A DNA stretch of 64,000 nucleotides. Source: Bacteroidales bacterium (GTDB lineage: Bacteria; Bacteroidota; Bacteroidia; Bacteroidales; VadinHA17). Positions 47,393-57,077 of this stretch are shown here, one piece after another. The stretch covers positions 14,122 to 78,121 of the forward strand of contig JBASIK010000145.1 of NCBI GenBank assembly GCA_049654745.1, in the 5' to 3' direction. The translations under genes were made by a program, and so were the position numbers. Numbering within the stretch: the first letter of the stretch is position 1; every line of letters begins with the position of its first letter. The notes beneath the pieces are model-generated. The model saw nothing but the letters and a program-made list of their open reading frames with translations. It searched no databases and had not been told where the DNA came from.

Positions 47393-48952
47393 ATGAGAAA
47401 ACATAAGATATTATGGGTTGATGATGAAATTGAAATACTCAAGCCTCATATTTATTTTCTCAGCGAAAAAGGATATGAAATAACAACCTGCTCCAATGGT
47501 AATGATGCTGTTGAGCTTGTCAGAACAAATATCTATGATCTGATACTCCTCGACGAACATATGGCCGGGCTCAGTGGGCTTGAGACATTAAGGTTTATCA
47601 AGGAAATAAAACCAGAAATACCGGTTGTAATGATAACCAAGAGCGAGGAGGAGAACCTGATGGAAGCTGCAATAGGTTCAGAAATTGCTGATTACCTCAT
47701 TAAGCCGGTTAAGCCGAACCAGATACTGCTGGCACTTAAAAAGAATCTTGAACAGAAGAAACTCATTACCGAAAAAACAACAATCGATTACCAGAAAGAA
47801 TTCGGGAAAATCTCCGATATGATAGCCCGAGCTTCAACGTTTAATGACTGGATCGAAATATACAAAAAGATCGTCTTCTGGGAACTTGAACTGGACAAGC
47901 TGCCTGAAACGGGTATGAACCAGATATTGCAAACCCAGACCGATGAAGCCAATACTGCATTCTGCCGCTTTATATCCAGAAATTATCTTTCATGGCTCGA
48001 CCCTGCTGTGAGTGAAAAACCTCTTCTCTCCCACCAACTGATGCAGAAAAAGATCTTCCCGGAATTATCAAATTCTCAACCTGTTTTTTTCATTCTCATC
48101 GACAATTTACGTTACGATCAGTGGAAAACCATCCAGGCCGAACTGACAGAATTGTTCAGAATCATTTCCGAAACAATGTATTTCAGCATTCTGCCAACCA
48201 CAACACAGTTCAGCCGGAATGCGATTTTCTCAGGTCTTATGCCACTTTCAATCTCTCAGACAATGCCGGGAATGTGGATTGCAGACAATATAGAAGATGA
48301 AAGAAAAAATGAATTTGAGGAAGAATTTCTTAAAAGACAGATTCAACGGGCCGGACTGAATATCAAATGGAGCTACCATAAAATAAACAACAGTCTTGAA
48401 GGAAAAAAACTGAATGAGAAACTGACTTCTCTTCTGGAAAATAACCTGAATGTTCTGGTATACAATTTTGTCGACATTCTGTCGCATGCCCGCACCGAAT
48501 CAGGAGTGATCAGGGATCTCGCATACGATGAACGCGCTTACAGAAGCCTTACAAAATCATGGTTTCTTCATTCATCTCTTCTCGAACTCCTCAAAACACT
48601 CTCCGAAAAGAAAGTAAGAATTGTATTCACCACCGACCACGGAACAATCAGAGTTAATAATCCTGTTAAAGTAATCGGTGACAGGGAAACATCACCCTCA
48701 CTGAGGTATAAGACAGGAAGGAGTCTCGATTACGATCCGTCAAAAGTATTTGAAATAAAAGCACCTGAAAAAGCATTCCTGCCAAAAACAAATCTGAGTT
48801 CAAAATATATATTTGCAATGAACAGGGATTACCTTGTTTATGCAAATAATTTTAACCATTATGCAGCCTATTATAGAGACACTTTTCAGCATGGAGGGAT
48901 TTCGATGCAGGAAATGATTCTACCTCTGGCATTTCTTGAACCGGCAATATGA
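47393..48952 (+). CDS. porX: T9SS response regulator PorX (CheY-like receiver + PglZ/alkaline-phosphatase-like domain)
   Basis: KILWVDDEIEILKPHIYFLSEKGYE..LILLDEHMAG (receiver), then a domain of about 380 aa with TTDHGT..FQHGGIS (PglZ-type metal site). 519 aa, matching PorX. Confidence 0.75.
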   Translation: MRKHKILWVDDEIEILKPHIYFLSEKGYEITTCSNGNDAVELVRTNIYDLILLDEHMAGLSGLETLRFIKEIKPEIPVVMITKSEEENLMEAAIGSEIADYLIKPVKPNQILLALKKNLEQKKLITEKTTIDYQKEFGKISDMIARASTFNDWIEIYKKIVFWELELDKLPETGMNQILQTQTDEANTAFCRFISRNYLSWLDPAVSEKPLLSHQLMQKKIFPELSNSQPVFFILIDNLRYDQWKTIQAELTELFRIISETMYFSILPTTTQFSRNAIFSGLMPLSISQTMPGMWIADNIEDERKNEFEEEFLKRQIQRAGLNIKWSYHKINNSLEGKKLNEKLTSLLENNLNVLVYNFVDILSHARTESGVIRDLAYDERAYRSLTKSWFLHSSLLELLKTLSEKKVRIVFTTDHGTIRVNNPVKVIGDRETSPSLRYKTGRSLDYDPSKVFEIKAPEKAFLPKTNLSSKYIFAMNRDYLVYANNFNHYAAYYRDTFQHGGISMQEMILPLAFLEPAI

Positions 48953-49377
48953 TAAATGCAAATTTCAAAATAATAATAAGCGAACTGAAACATCTTCCAA
49001 GAGCAGCGGAAGATATTCTTGCAGTTGCGGGCAGCAGGCGTATTTTTGCTTTCAGCGGACCTCTCGGCTCGGGAAAAACAACCATCATCAAGGCAATCTG
49101 TAAAAAACTCGGAGCTGTCGACTCTGTAACAAGTCCTTCTTTTACACTCGTTAATGAATATCTTACAGATAGCGGTGAACCGGTTTATCATATCGACCTT
49201 TACAGAATTAAAAACATCAGCGAGGCTTATGATTTTGGAATTGAAGAATATTTATACGGTACCTCATACTGCTTTATAGAATGGCCCGAAATTATTAAGG
49301 AACTCCTTCCTGAAAATACCGTGAGGATAAAAATCAGTGTCGGCCCACAGGAAGAGAGAATACTTGATTTTGAGTAG
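48949..49377 (+). CDS. tsaE: tRNA t6A biosynthesis ATPase TsaE
   Basis: FSGPLGSGKTT, SPSFTLVNEY, HIDLYR and EWPE. ATGA overlap with porX. Confidence 0.85.
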   Translation: MINANFKIIISELKHLPRAAEDILAVAGSRRIFAFSGPLGSGKTTIIKAICKKLGAVDSVTSPSFTLVNEYLTDSGEPVYHIDLYRIKNISEAYDFGIEEYLYGTSYCFIEWPEIIKELLPENTVRIKISVGPQEERILDFE

Positions 49378-49405
49378 GGTATTTTGTTCTGCATTTTCAA
49401 TTTTA

Positions 49406-49413
49406 TACCTTTG
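49406..49413 (+). promoter_or_regulatory. -7 promoter box TACCTTTG
   Basis: Exact TAnnTTTG 25 nt upstream of the ATG at 49438. Confidence 0.4.
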
Positions 49414-49437
49414 AATTTATAAACTGATCAGGAAAAA

Positions 49438-50658
49438 ATGGAAGAACAGGGTAACAGAGAAAACAAAAATTACGGAAATGCATCTTTCATGCCGCAGGAA
49501 GAACAGCTTGAAACAACATACAGGCATCGTAAAATATCTATAGGAATACCCTGCGACAAAAATGACGATGAAAAAAGGATAGCCCTCACACCCGAAGCTG
49601 TTTCAATACTCGTGGAAAATGGCAATGAGGTAATAATTCAGAAGGGAGCAGGAATGGGGGCAAATTATACCGATAAGGATTACAGCGAGTTCGGAGCAAT
49701 TATAACTGATTCACCTGCAAGGGTCTTCAGTGCCGATGTAGTAATAAAAGTAGCTCCTTTCGAAGAGTTTGAAATTGATTACATGAAAGGCAATCAGACG
49801 GTGATTTCATATCTCAATGTCCTGAAACTTAATGAAGAAACTCTGGCAAAACTGATAAGAAAAAAAGTTACCGCCATTGCATTTGAGAAAATAAAAGATT
49901 CGAATGGTGTGCTTCCAGTGGTGGAATCAATGAGTGAAATCTGCGGAATTACTTCCATACTGATTGCCTCTGATTATCTCAGTAACCATCATGGAGGCAA
50001 AGGTGTAATGCTGGGAGGAGTAACAGGTGTAACGCCCACACAGGTAATAATTGTTGGTGCAAGCACAGCCGGGGAATACGCTGCCCGCGCTGCGCTGGGC
50101 CTGGGCTCAGAAGTTATGATATTCGATGAATCGCTTCACCGGCTCAGAAGATTCCAGAGTCTGCTCGGACAAAGGCTTAAAACCTCTACATTCCACCCAC
50201 AGGTGCTTACAAAGGCACTCAAATCAGCCGACGTGCTGATAGGTGCAATAGAACTTGAAGATTTGAGACCATGGTACTATATCACAGAAGAGATGATACA
50301 GCTGATGAAAAAGCGTTCTGTGGTAATAGACCTCAGTATCGACCGCGGAGGATGTATTGAAACAACTGAGTGCCGTCCTTTGAAAGATCCTATGTATGAA
50401 AAGCACGGAGTGATTCATTTTTCGGCATGGAACCTGCCCTCACGTGTTGCCCGTACAGCATCAATAGCTCTTTCTAACATTTTCGCACCCTTACTTCAAA
50501 ATATCGCCGATGCCGGAAGCATAACACAGCTGCTGAAAACCGATGCAGGTCTTCGAAACGGCGCATACCTTTACAACGGAATTCTTACAAACGAAACTTT
50601 GGGACAGAAATTCGGAATGCTTTCGAAAAACCTCGACCTTCTCCTTTCAGCATTCTGA
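49438..50658 (+). CDS. Alanine dehydrogenase/PNT family NAD-dependent dehydrogenase
   Basis: IGIPCDKNDDEKRIALTPEAV..IIQKGAGMGANYTDKDY and Rossmann VIIVGASTAGEYAA. It has an N-terminal extension of about 30 aa. Confidence 0.7.
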   Translation: MEEQGNRENKNYGNASFMPQEEQLETTYRHRKISIGIPCDKNDDEKRIALTPEAVSILVENGNEVIIQKGAGMGANYTDKDYSEFGAIITDSPARVFSADVVIKVAPFEEFEIDYMKGNQTVISYLNVLKLNEETLAKLIRKKVTAIAFEKIKDSNGVLPVVESMSEICGITSILIASDYLSNHHGGKGVMLGGVTGVTPTQVIIVGASTAGEYAARAALGLGSEVMIFDESLHRLRRFQSLLGQRLKTSTFHPQVLTKALKSADVLIGAIELEDLRPWYYITEEMIQLMKKRSVVIDLSIDRGGCIETTECRPLKDPMYEKHGVIHFSAWNLPSRVARTASIALSNIFAPLLQNIADAGSITQLLKTDAGLRNGAYLYNGILTNETLGQKFGMLSKNLDLLLSAF

Positions 50659-50660
50659 AA

Positions 50661-51578
50661 TTACCTGAAACTCAAATTTATTTCAGTCCCTTCCTGCTTA
50701 ATCACTGCATAACCACCCATAATCAGGGCACGGTTATCATTTATGTGCCCGGCCGGACACCCCGTAAAAACCGGAAAATCGTAATCCTCTACAATGTCTG
50801 CAATTGTCTCCTCAACCGTCTTTCCCCATGGGATTTTGCCATCCTGCATGCTACTGAATCCTCCTGTGAGAAGTGCAGCAGGACTTTTCAACTTCCCGGC
50901 AAGCTTCAGTGAGGTCAGCATTCTGTCAACACTGTAATAATATTCTCCTTCATCTTCAATAAAAAGTATCTTACCACTTGTATCAGGTTCCCCCTTTGTA
51001 CCTATCAGACTGTAGATGAGTGAGAGGTTGCCTCCGGTGAGTACACCTTCAGCATACGTGCCACGCAAGGCTACACCTTTCCACGAGAACGAAAATCTGC
51101 CTTCAAACAACGCCTGATGAAGTGTTACGAAGGTTTCATTACTACGCTGATTATCTGAAAAATGAAGTGGCATTTCAGCATGAAGGGAGGCTATGCCACA
51201 CACTTCGTTAAGCCACATATGAAGTACCGTCACATCACTGTAACCGATAAACCATTTAGGGGTTCTCCTCAAAGGGCGAAAATCGAGCCTGTCAATTATT
51301 CTCAGCAGGCCATATCCACCACGCGAGCAGAATACTGCCTTAATATTTCTATTGTCGATTGCTTCCTGCAGGTCCCATCGTCTTTCCTCATCCGTCCCTG
51401 CAAACGGTCCGAAACGATTTAAGGCATTCCTCCCAACCCTCACCCGCAAACCCCAACCTTCAAGGAACTTTACGGCATTTTCAATCTTCTCATAATCAAT
51501 TGCATACGAAGGTGAGATTATTATGACTTCGTCGCCAGGTTTTAGTAATTGTGGAATTTTCTTTTTTGGAACTATCAT
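50661..51578 (-). CDS. LD-carboxypeptidase (S66 peptidase, LdcA/MccF family)
   Basis: [19 protein letters not shown] (Ser nucleophile) and GCPAGH (His). Confidence 0.85.
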   Translation of the reverse strand: MIVPKKKIPQLLKPGDEVIIISPSYAIDYEKIENAVKFLEGWGLRVRVGRNALNRFGPFAGTDEERRWDLQEAIDNRNIKAVFCSRGGYGLLRIIDRLDFRPLRRTPKWFIGYSDVTVLHMWLNEVCGIASLHAEMPLHFSDNQRSNETFVTLHQALFEGRFSFSWKGVALRGTYAEGVLTGGNLSLIYSLIGTKGEPDTSGKILFIEDEGEYYYSVDRMLTSLKLAGKLKSPAALLTGGFSSMQDGKIPWGKTVEETIADIVEDYDFPVFTGCPAGHINDNRALIMGGYAVIKQEGTEINLSFR

Positions 51579-51620
51579 TAATTCATATTCTTAGATAATT
51601 TTAAGTAAATAAACTTAAAC

Positions 51621-52160
51621 TTAAGTTTTTGAAGGTAAACCAAGCCATGAGAGTGGTATTTCATTAAACATATAATGACAATTAACGCTATTAATATAAT
51701 TTAGGACATCTTTATATTCAGGCTTTTTAAACCAGTCATTCAGAATGTAGACATATTCAACATTTAAACCTAAAGGTCTTACAAGTTTCTGATATTGTTT
51801 CCTTTTAAAATCACATGTTTGAAGCTTTTCATCAACAGAACCGATTACTTGTTGATGTTTTACTTCAATTATATATAAGGTATTTCGTATAATTACCAGC
51901 AAAGCGTCATCAGGTAATAATTTTTTACTTAATAAATTACGCCAGTTTATTTCATTTTCTTCTAAAAACCTATAAAAATCATGTTTTCTAAAACATCTGG
52001 CCACCAACTTATCTTCAAAATATACTAATTTGCCAGCCATATCTGGTATTTTACTCAACTTATAACCAGGAATTTCTTCAATAACTTTTTGAAGGTCAAC
52101 CTTTTTTTCAAAATTGAGGCCAGTAATCGTACTGGCCCCACCTCTACCACCTGCTTTCAT
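51621..52160 (-). CDS. Putative small PD-(D/E)xK restriction endonuclease
   Basis: 179 aa. GLNFEKKV (first-helix Glu) and LLPDDALLVIIRNTLYIIEVKHQ (D..ExK). The ATG overlaps the methyltransferase TAA (TAATG). AT-rich codon usage. Confidence 0.5.
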   Translation of the reverse strand: MKAGGRGGASTITGLNFEKKVDLQKVIEEIPGYKLSKIPDMAGKLVYFEDKLVARCFRKHDFYRFLEENEINWRNLLSKKLLPDDALLVIIRNTLYIIEVKHQQVIGSVDEKLQTCDFKRKQYQKLVRPLGLNVEYVYILNDWFKKPEYKDVLNYINSVNCHYMFNEIPLSWLGLPSKT

Positions 52161-53053
52161 TATAATGATTCAATAAATCTAAAAGAAGTAATTCTTTCTT
52201 TAATCGTCGATTCTAATCGTTTTATTGATAAAGAGAGATAATTTTCGTCTAATTCACATCCAACAAACTTCCTATTTAATCTTATCGCAGCTACTCCAGT
52301 AGTTGAACTTCCTGCAAATGGATCAAATATTATATCATTTTCTATTGTGCTTGCTAGTATTATCCTCTCTAAAAGTTTTAAAGGCTTTTGAGTAGGATGT
52401 TTACCAAATTTTTTTTCATCACCATTTGGTGCAGGAATAATCCACACCGATTTCATTTGTTTGCCATTGTTAATTTTCTTCATTTGCTCATAATTAAACC
52501 GGTGTTTCGATTTTTCATTCTTTGAAGCCCAGATAATAAGTTCTGTTGAATGTGTAAAATATCGGCATGAAAGATTTGGAGGAGGATTTGGTTTTTCCCA
52601 TGTAATATCATTTAAGATTTTCATACCAAGCTGCTGCATAGCATACCCAACCGAATGTATAACATGATGAGTCCCTGAAACCCAAATTGTTCCATTAGGC
52701 TTTAAAAGCTTCTGGCATCTTGATAACCATTCATAATTAAATTCATGATTTAATTCGGGCCCTTTTGATTTATCCCATTCCCCTTTGTCTACTTTAACCA
52801 TTTTACCGGCATGGCATGTAATACCACCGTTTGACAAAAAATAAGGGGGATCAGCAAATATCATATCAAACTTACCTGTGGGATATTTGCTAATAACTCT
52901 ATCCATAAATTCTATACAATTAGCATGGTAGAGCCAAACACCCAGCTCATCGTTACGAAATACACATTTGTTGGGTGAATATTCAGAACTTTCCATTACT
53001 ATTAATGGGAAAACTGATTCCTCATCATTGATCTTGTACTTCTTTTTCTTCAT
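52160..53053 (-). CDS. Site-specific DNA methyltransferase, beta-class N6-adenine type (DpnA/M2.DpnII-like)
   Basis: Motif IV FADPPYF precedes motif I IFDPFAGSSTTG, which is the beta permutation. The blocks FADPPYFLSNGG, NPPPNLSCRYFTHSTE, GKHPTQKP and LLERIILAST match my recollection of DpnA-type enzymes. Confidence 0.85.
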   Translation of the reverse strand: MKKKKYKINDEESVFPLIVMESSEYSPNKCVFRNDELGVWLYHANCIEFMDRVISKYPTGKFDMIFADPPYFLSNGGITCHAGKMVKVDKGEWDKSKGPELNHEFNYEWLSRCQKLLKPNGTIWVSGTHHVIHSVGYAMQQLGMKILNDITWEKPNPPPNLSCRYFTHSTELIIWASKNEKSKHRFNYEQMKKINNGKQMKSVWIIPAPNGDEKKFGKHPTQKPLKLLERIILASTIENDIIFDPFAGSSTTGVAAIRLNRKFVGCELDENYLSLSIKRLESTIKERITSFRFIESL

Positions 53054-53087
53054 TACAAAGTTTTATATATAAATAATCAAATAATTA

Positions 53088-53618
53088 TCATTTTATCCAT
53101 GAGTCAAGTAATTCTTTCAGTTTTTCCCAGGACATATTTCTCCCTTGCCCCGTCGGATAATTAACATCTTCCTGTCCCCAGATCCATTTATAGGCCTTAA
53201 GTAATGCTTCCGGATTTTCTCCTGCAGGGTTTGAAAGAGATATCAACTTAAGCACTTCATCAGGTTCCTCACCATTAAAAACTTTTTCAAAAGCTTTAAG
53301 TATTTCAATTGTCGCTTCTTTGTCAATTTTAGATTTTTCTAGTAAATCTTCATAAATCTGGTTATGTGTTATTTGCCATAGACTTTTTTCTTCTGGATTA
53401 TAAATAAAAACAAAAAAATCATCCTTTTTCATAATTCCCCAAGCTTGTTTACCCCCAGGTTTGACAATGACAATTTTACGTCCGTCTGAAATATCTTCAA
53501 CTTCATATCCAAGATAAGGGACTTCAGTTAATCTCTTCACAAACTCCTTTCGTTCACAATTACGAATGCGTAATTCTTTAAGGTCTATTTCGTGAAAGTA
53601 AATATTCTTTTTCTTCAT
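53088..53618 (-). CDS. Hypothetical protein, first gene of the methyltransferase cassette
   Basis: 176-aa ORF, 34 bp upstream of the methyltransferase on the same strand, with the same AT-rich composition. I cannot place any motif. The conspicuous C-terminal block is YKWIWGQEDVNYPTGQGRNMSW. Confidence 0.6.
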   Translation of the reverse strand: MKKKNIYFHEIDLKELRIRNCERKEFVKRLTEVPYLGYEVEDISDGRKIVIVKPGGKQAWGIMKKDDFFVFIYNPEEKSLWQITHNQIYEDLLEKSKIDKEATIEILKAFEKVFNGEEPDEVLKLISLSNPAGENPEALLKAYKWIWGQEDVNYPTGQGRNMSWEKLKELLDSWIK

Positions 53619-53908
53619 TTATTTATTTAAATTAATAAATAATTTTCATTAAGGTTATTGTATTATTTAATAATAGCAAACTACATACTAATGTTATGCT
53701 TTAAATTAAAATCAAAATTACTTAATTATTTGCTTTTTTCATCAAGATTATGTATTCTTCTAAATCATAGTTTCTAAGAAATAAAATTATAATTCTTTAT
53801 CAGACTACAAGTTTGTAATATAATTTTTTGTTCCACAAGAACTAATATAAAGAACCTTGGTTGCTTCTATCACAATTGTTACGGATAAATCCTCTAATTC
53901 AAATTTCT

Positions 53909-53916
53909 TATATTTG
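53909..53916 (+). promoter_or_regulatory. -7 promoter box TATATTTG for metG
   Basis: Exact TAnnTTTG 34 nt upstream of the ATG at 53950. Confidence 0.4.
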
Positions 53917-53949
53917 CGGAGTTTTTAATAATCTCAACGTTTTCGTGTT

Positions 53950-55983
53950 ATGAAGAAATTCAAAAGGTACCTGATTACTTCAGCATTGCCATATGCAAAT
54001 GGGCCAATACATATCGGCCATCTGGCAGGTGTGTACGTGCCATCCGATATCTATACCCGCTACCTTCGGCTTAAAGGAGAAGATGTCATCTCCATCTGTG
54101 GCTCTGATGAGCACGGTGTGCCAATAACCCTCAAGGCACGCAAAGAAGGAATTACCCCACAGCAGGTAGTGGACAGGTACCATGAAATGAACAAAAAAGC
54201 ATTCGAGGATTTCGGAATCGCTTTTGACATTTATTCACGTACAACCAACAAAATACACTACGAAACTGCTTCGGAATTTTTCCTGAAACTCTATAACAAA
54301 GGGGAATTCATTGAAAAGACTTCACTTCAGTACTACGATACCGAAGCCGGTTGCTTTCTTGCCGACAGGTACATCATAGGCGAATGTCCACACTGCCATA
54401 ACGAAAATGCCTATGGTGATCAGTGTGAGAAGTGTGGCAGCTCTCTGAGTCCGTCCGACCTTATCAATCCGCGTTCTGCCATCAGTGGCAGTCAGCCTGT
54501 GCTTAAAGAAACCCTTCACTGGTATCTTCCACTCGATAAGTATGAGCCATGGCTGAAAAAATGGATTCTTGAAGAGCATACCGAATGGAAACCCAACGTT
54601 TACGGCCAGTGCAAATCATGGCTCGACCAGGGTCTTCAGCCACGTGCTGTAAGCCGCGACCTCGACTGGGGCGTGCCGGTTCCACTGAAAAATGCCAGTG
54701 GGAAAGTGCTATACGTATGGTTCGATGCACCTATAGGCTATATCTCCGCCACTAAGGAACTTACACCAGAATGGGAAAAATACTGGAAAGATCCCGAAAC
54801 AAGACTAATTCATTTCATCGGCAAAGACAACATTGTGTTCCATTGCATCATATTTCCGGTGATGCTCAAAGCCGAAGGATCATTCATATTGCCTGATAAT
54901 GTGCCGGCAAACGAGTTTCTGAACCTTGAGAATGACAAAATATCCACATCACGCAACTGGGCCGTTTGGCTGCATGAATATTTAGAAGAATTCCCGGGAA
55001 AACAGGACGTTCTTCGATATACCCTCTGCGCCAACGCTCCCGAAACAAAAGATAATGACTTTACATGGAAAGATTTTCAGGCACGCAATAACAATGAACT
55101 GGTTGCTATACTCGGTAATTTCATTAACCGGACACTTGTTCTTACAAACAACTACTTCTCGGGCAGGGTACCTGAACCTGGTACATTAAACAATCCTGAC
55201 AAAGAAGTGCTTGATGAAATATCCCGGCTGACAAAAGCCACCGGTGAAGCAATTGAAAACTTCAGGTTCAGAGAAGGTCTGAAAGAGGCCATGAACCTTG
55301 CACGCCTCGGAAATAAATATCTTGCCGACACCGAACCCTGGAAACTAATCAAAACCGATCCGGATAGAGTCAAAACAATTATCAATATCTCACTACAGAT
55401 TACTGCCAATCTGAGCATCATTCTTGAGCCATTCCTACCCTTTTCAATGAAAAAACTCAGGGAGTGGATCAATCTCAGCAGTTTCACATGGAATGATGCC
55501 GGAAAAACGGAACTTCTGCCACCGGGTCATCAGGTCAGCAAGGGAGGACTCCTGTTCGAAAAAATCGATGACGAAACTATAAACAGGCAGATTGAAAAAT
55601 TAATGAAGACCCGCAGGGAGAATGAGACTGTGTCAGCAGCAGCATCTCCCCTTAAAGAACCTGTTTCTTACGAAGATTTTTCAAGGATGGATATCCGCAC
55701 AGCTACGGTACTGGAAGCTGAAAGAGTGCCTAAAACAAACAAACTGCTGAAACTGAAGATTGACTGTGGTACCGATATACGTACAATAGTATCGGGCATT
55801 GCAGAATACTATGAGCCTGAAACACTGGTCGGGAAACAGATTCTTATAATAGCCAATCTCGAACCTCGAAAAATAAAAGGAATAGAATCGAGAGGGATGA
55901 TCCTTATGGCTGAAGAACCTGGAGGTAAACTTGTACTTGTTTCTCCTGTTGAAAAAACCGATAACGGAAGCGTGGTTAAATAA
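53950..55983 (+). CDS. metG: Methionine--tRNA ligase with C-terminal tRNA-binding (Trbp111-like) domain
   Basis: [14 protein letters not shown] (HIGH), Zn knuckles [25 protein letters not shown] (KMSKS) and C-terminal [28 protein letters not shown]. Confidence 0.95.
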   Translation: MKKFKRYLITSALPYANGPIHIGHLAGVYVPSDIYTRYLRLKGEDVISICGSDEHGVPITLKARKEGITPQQVVDRYHEMNKKAFEDFGIAFDIYSRTTNKIHYETASEFFLKLYNKGEFIEKTSLQYYDTEAGCFLADRYIIGECPHCHNENAYGDQCEKCGSSLSPSDLINPRSAISGSQPVLKETLHWYLPLDKYEPWLKKWILEEHTEWKPNVYGQCKSWLDQGLQPRAVSRDLDWGVPVPLKNASGKVLYVWFDAPIGYISATKELTPEWEKYWKDPETRLIHFIGKDNIVFHCIIFPVMLKAEGSFILPDNVPANEFLNLENDKISTSRNWAVWLHEYLEEFPGKQDVLRYTLCANAPETKDNDFTWKDFQARNNNELVAILGNFINRTLVLTNNYFSGRVPEPGTLNNPDKEVLDEISRLTKATGEAIENFRFREGLKEAMNLARLGNKYLADTEPWKLIKTDPDRVKTIINISLQITANLSIILEPFLPFSMKKLREWINLSSFTWNDAGKTELLPPGHQVSKGGLLFEKIDDETINRQIEKLMKTRRENETVSAAASPLKEPVSYEDFSRMDIRTATVLEAERVPKTNKLLKLKIDCGTDIRTIVSGIAEYYEPETLVGKQILIIANLEPRKIKGIESRGMILMAEEPGGKLVLVSPVEKTDNGSVVK

Positions 55984-56967
55984 CTATTTTAACTTTACTA
56001 TCCAGGCACCCGGGTAGCGGGCCTCCATACTCTTCTTTAGAGACTCTGCTTCTGAAAGAGATTTGCACCGGAGAGCACTCACCCTGTAAAATCCATTGGC
56101 TCCCTGAATTATCTCTGCAGAATAGCCCTCCCCTGCCAGTTTTTTTACCAGCAACAAAGCATTTGACTCCGATTTGAAACTGCCGGTTATTATTCCGTAT
56201 TCTTCATTGGGCATTTGCTGAACAGGTTCTGAAATATTGACTGCAGGAGTACTTTGTTCACTCTGAACCTGGTCAACAATCTTCTCACTTATACTGTCCG
56301 ACGGCAAACCTTTTGTTTCATCTACGGCGGGTTTCTCTTTTACTCCGCTGTCAGATATGGCTGTTATCAGAGGATTGAGACTGGTAACCTGAACCTTTGT
56401 TTTGAAAATATCTGTAGTAAGTGGCACTGCAATCAATGCTCCAATAAGAGGGACTAAGATTGCAGCTCTCCAGAGATATCTTCTTATACTTACACTTCTG
56501 ACAGTATCTTCATAAGAGTCTCCCATCAACCTTTTACGCACGTCGTAGCCTTCAAGCATCGGGAACTGAAATGGAGCAAGGCCATATGAGTTAAGGTTGT
56601 AATTCACATCCCTGTCAGGCTCAAACTGCACATTCCCTTCACTGTTGTTTACAAATGTTCCAATCCGCTCAAATGTCACTTTTTCTCCTCTGGTAAGCCT
56701 TCTTCTGATATCAGCCACAAAATCCTCTAAAAGCTTTTTTGCTTCATTATAATTTAAATTTGCTGCAACTGATATTCTGCTAATAAGAAGTCCATCGTTC
56801 TGGTTCAGATTGCGATTGAATGAAATTCGCTTGGCTGGTGGATAAAATGTGCAGCTCTCCTTATCTGTGCGGGCAGGTGAATAATTACCTATAAATCCCC
56901 CAAAGCCCGGGATTATTACACAGTCGTGACTGAAAAGCAGTTCCCTTATAATTGCAACTATGTCCAC
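55984..56967 (-). CDS. HU-CCDC81-like N-terminal domains + C-terminal SPOR domain protein
   Basis: LLFSHDCVIIPGFGGFIGNY and a second FERIGTF repeat, one TM segment, and C-terminal YGIITGSFKSESNALLLVKKL..GFYRVSA (SPOR). GTG start. Confidence 0.75.
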   Translation of the reverse strand: MDIVAIIRELLFSHDCVIIPGFGGFIGNYSPARTDKESCTFYPPAKRISFNRNLNQNDGLLISRISVAANLNYNEAKKLLEDFVADIRRRLTRGEKVTFERIGTFVNNSEGNVQFEPDRDVNYNLNSYGLAPFQFPMLEGYDVRKRLMGDSYEDTVRSVSIRRYLWRAAILVPLIGALIAVPLTTDIFKTKVQVTSLNPLITAISDSGVKEKPAVDETKGLPSDSISEKIVDQVQSEQSTPAVNISEPVQQMPNEEYGIITGSFKSESNALLLVKKLAGEGYSAEIIQGANGFYRVSALRCKSLSEAESLKKSMEARYPGAWIVKLK

Positions 56968-57077
56968 AGAAGTATATATTGCTAAAGCAAAATTAAGAAA
57001 AATAAATCAATATTTCAGCTTTATGTTTCAATAAGCAGAATTGTGCTAACTTCGTGTTTCAAAACCATTGATATTCT

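Noticed and set aside
51579-53949. Calling the AT-rich cassette a mobile element or genomic island
   Set aside because: I could find no integrase, transposase, recombinase, inverted terminal repeats or flanking direct repeats by eye. Only the compositional contrast supports acquisition, so it is reported as a finding and not annotated as a mobile_element.
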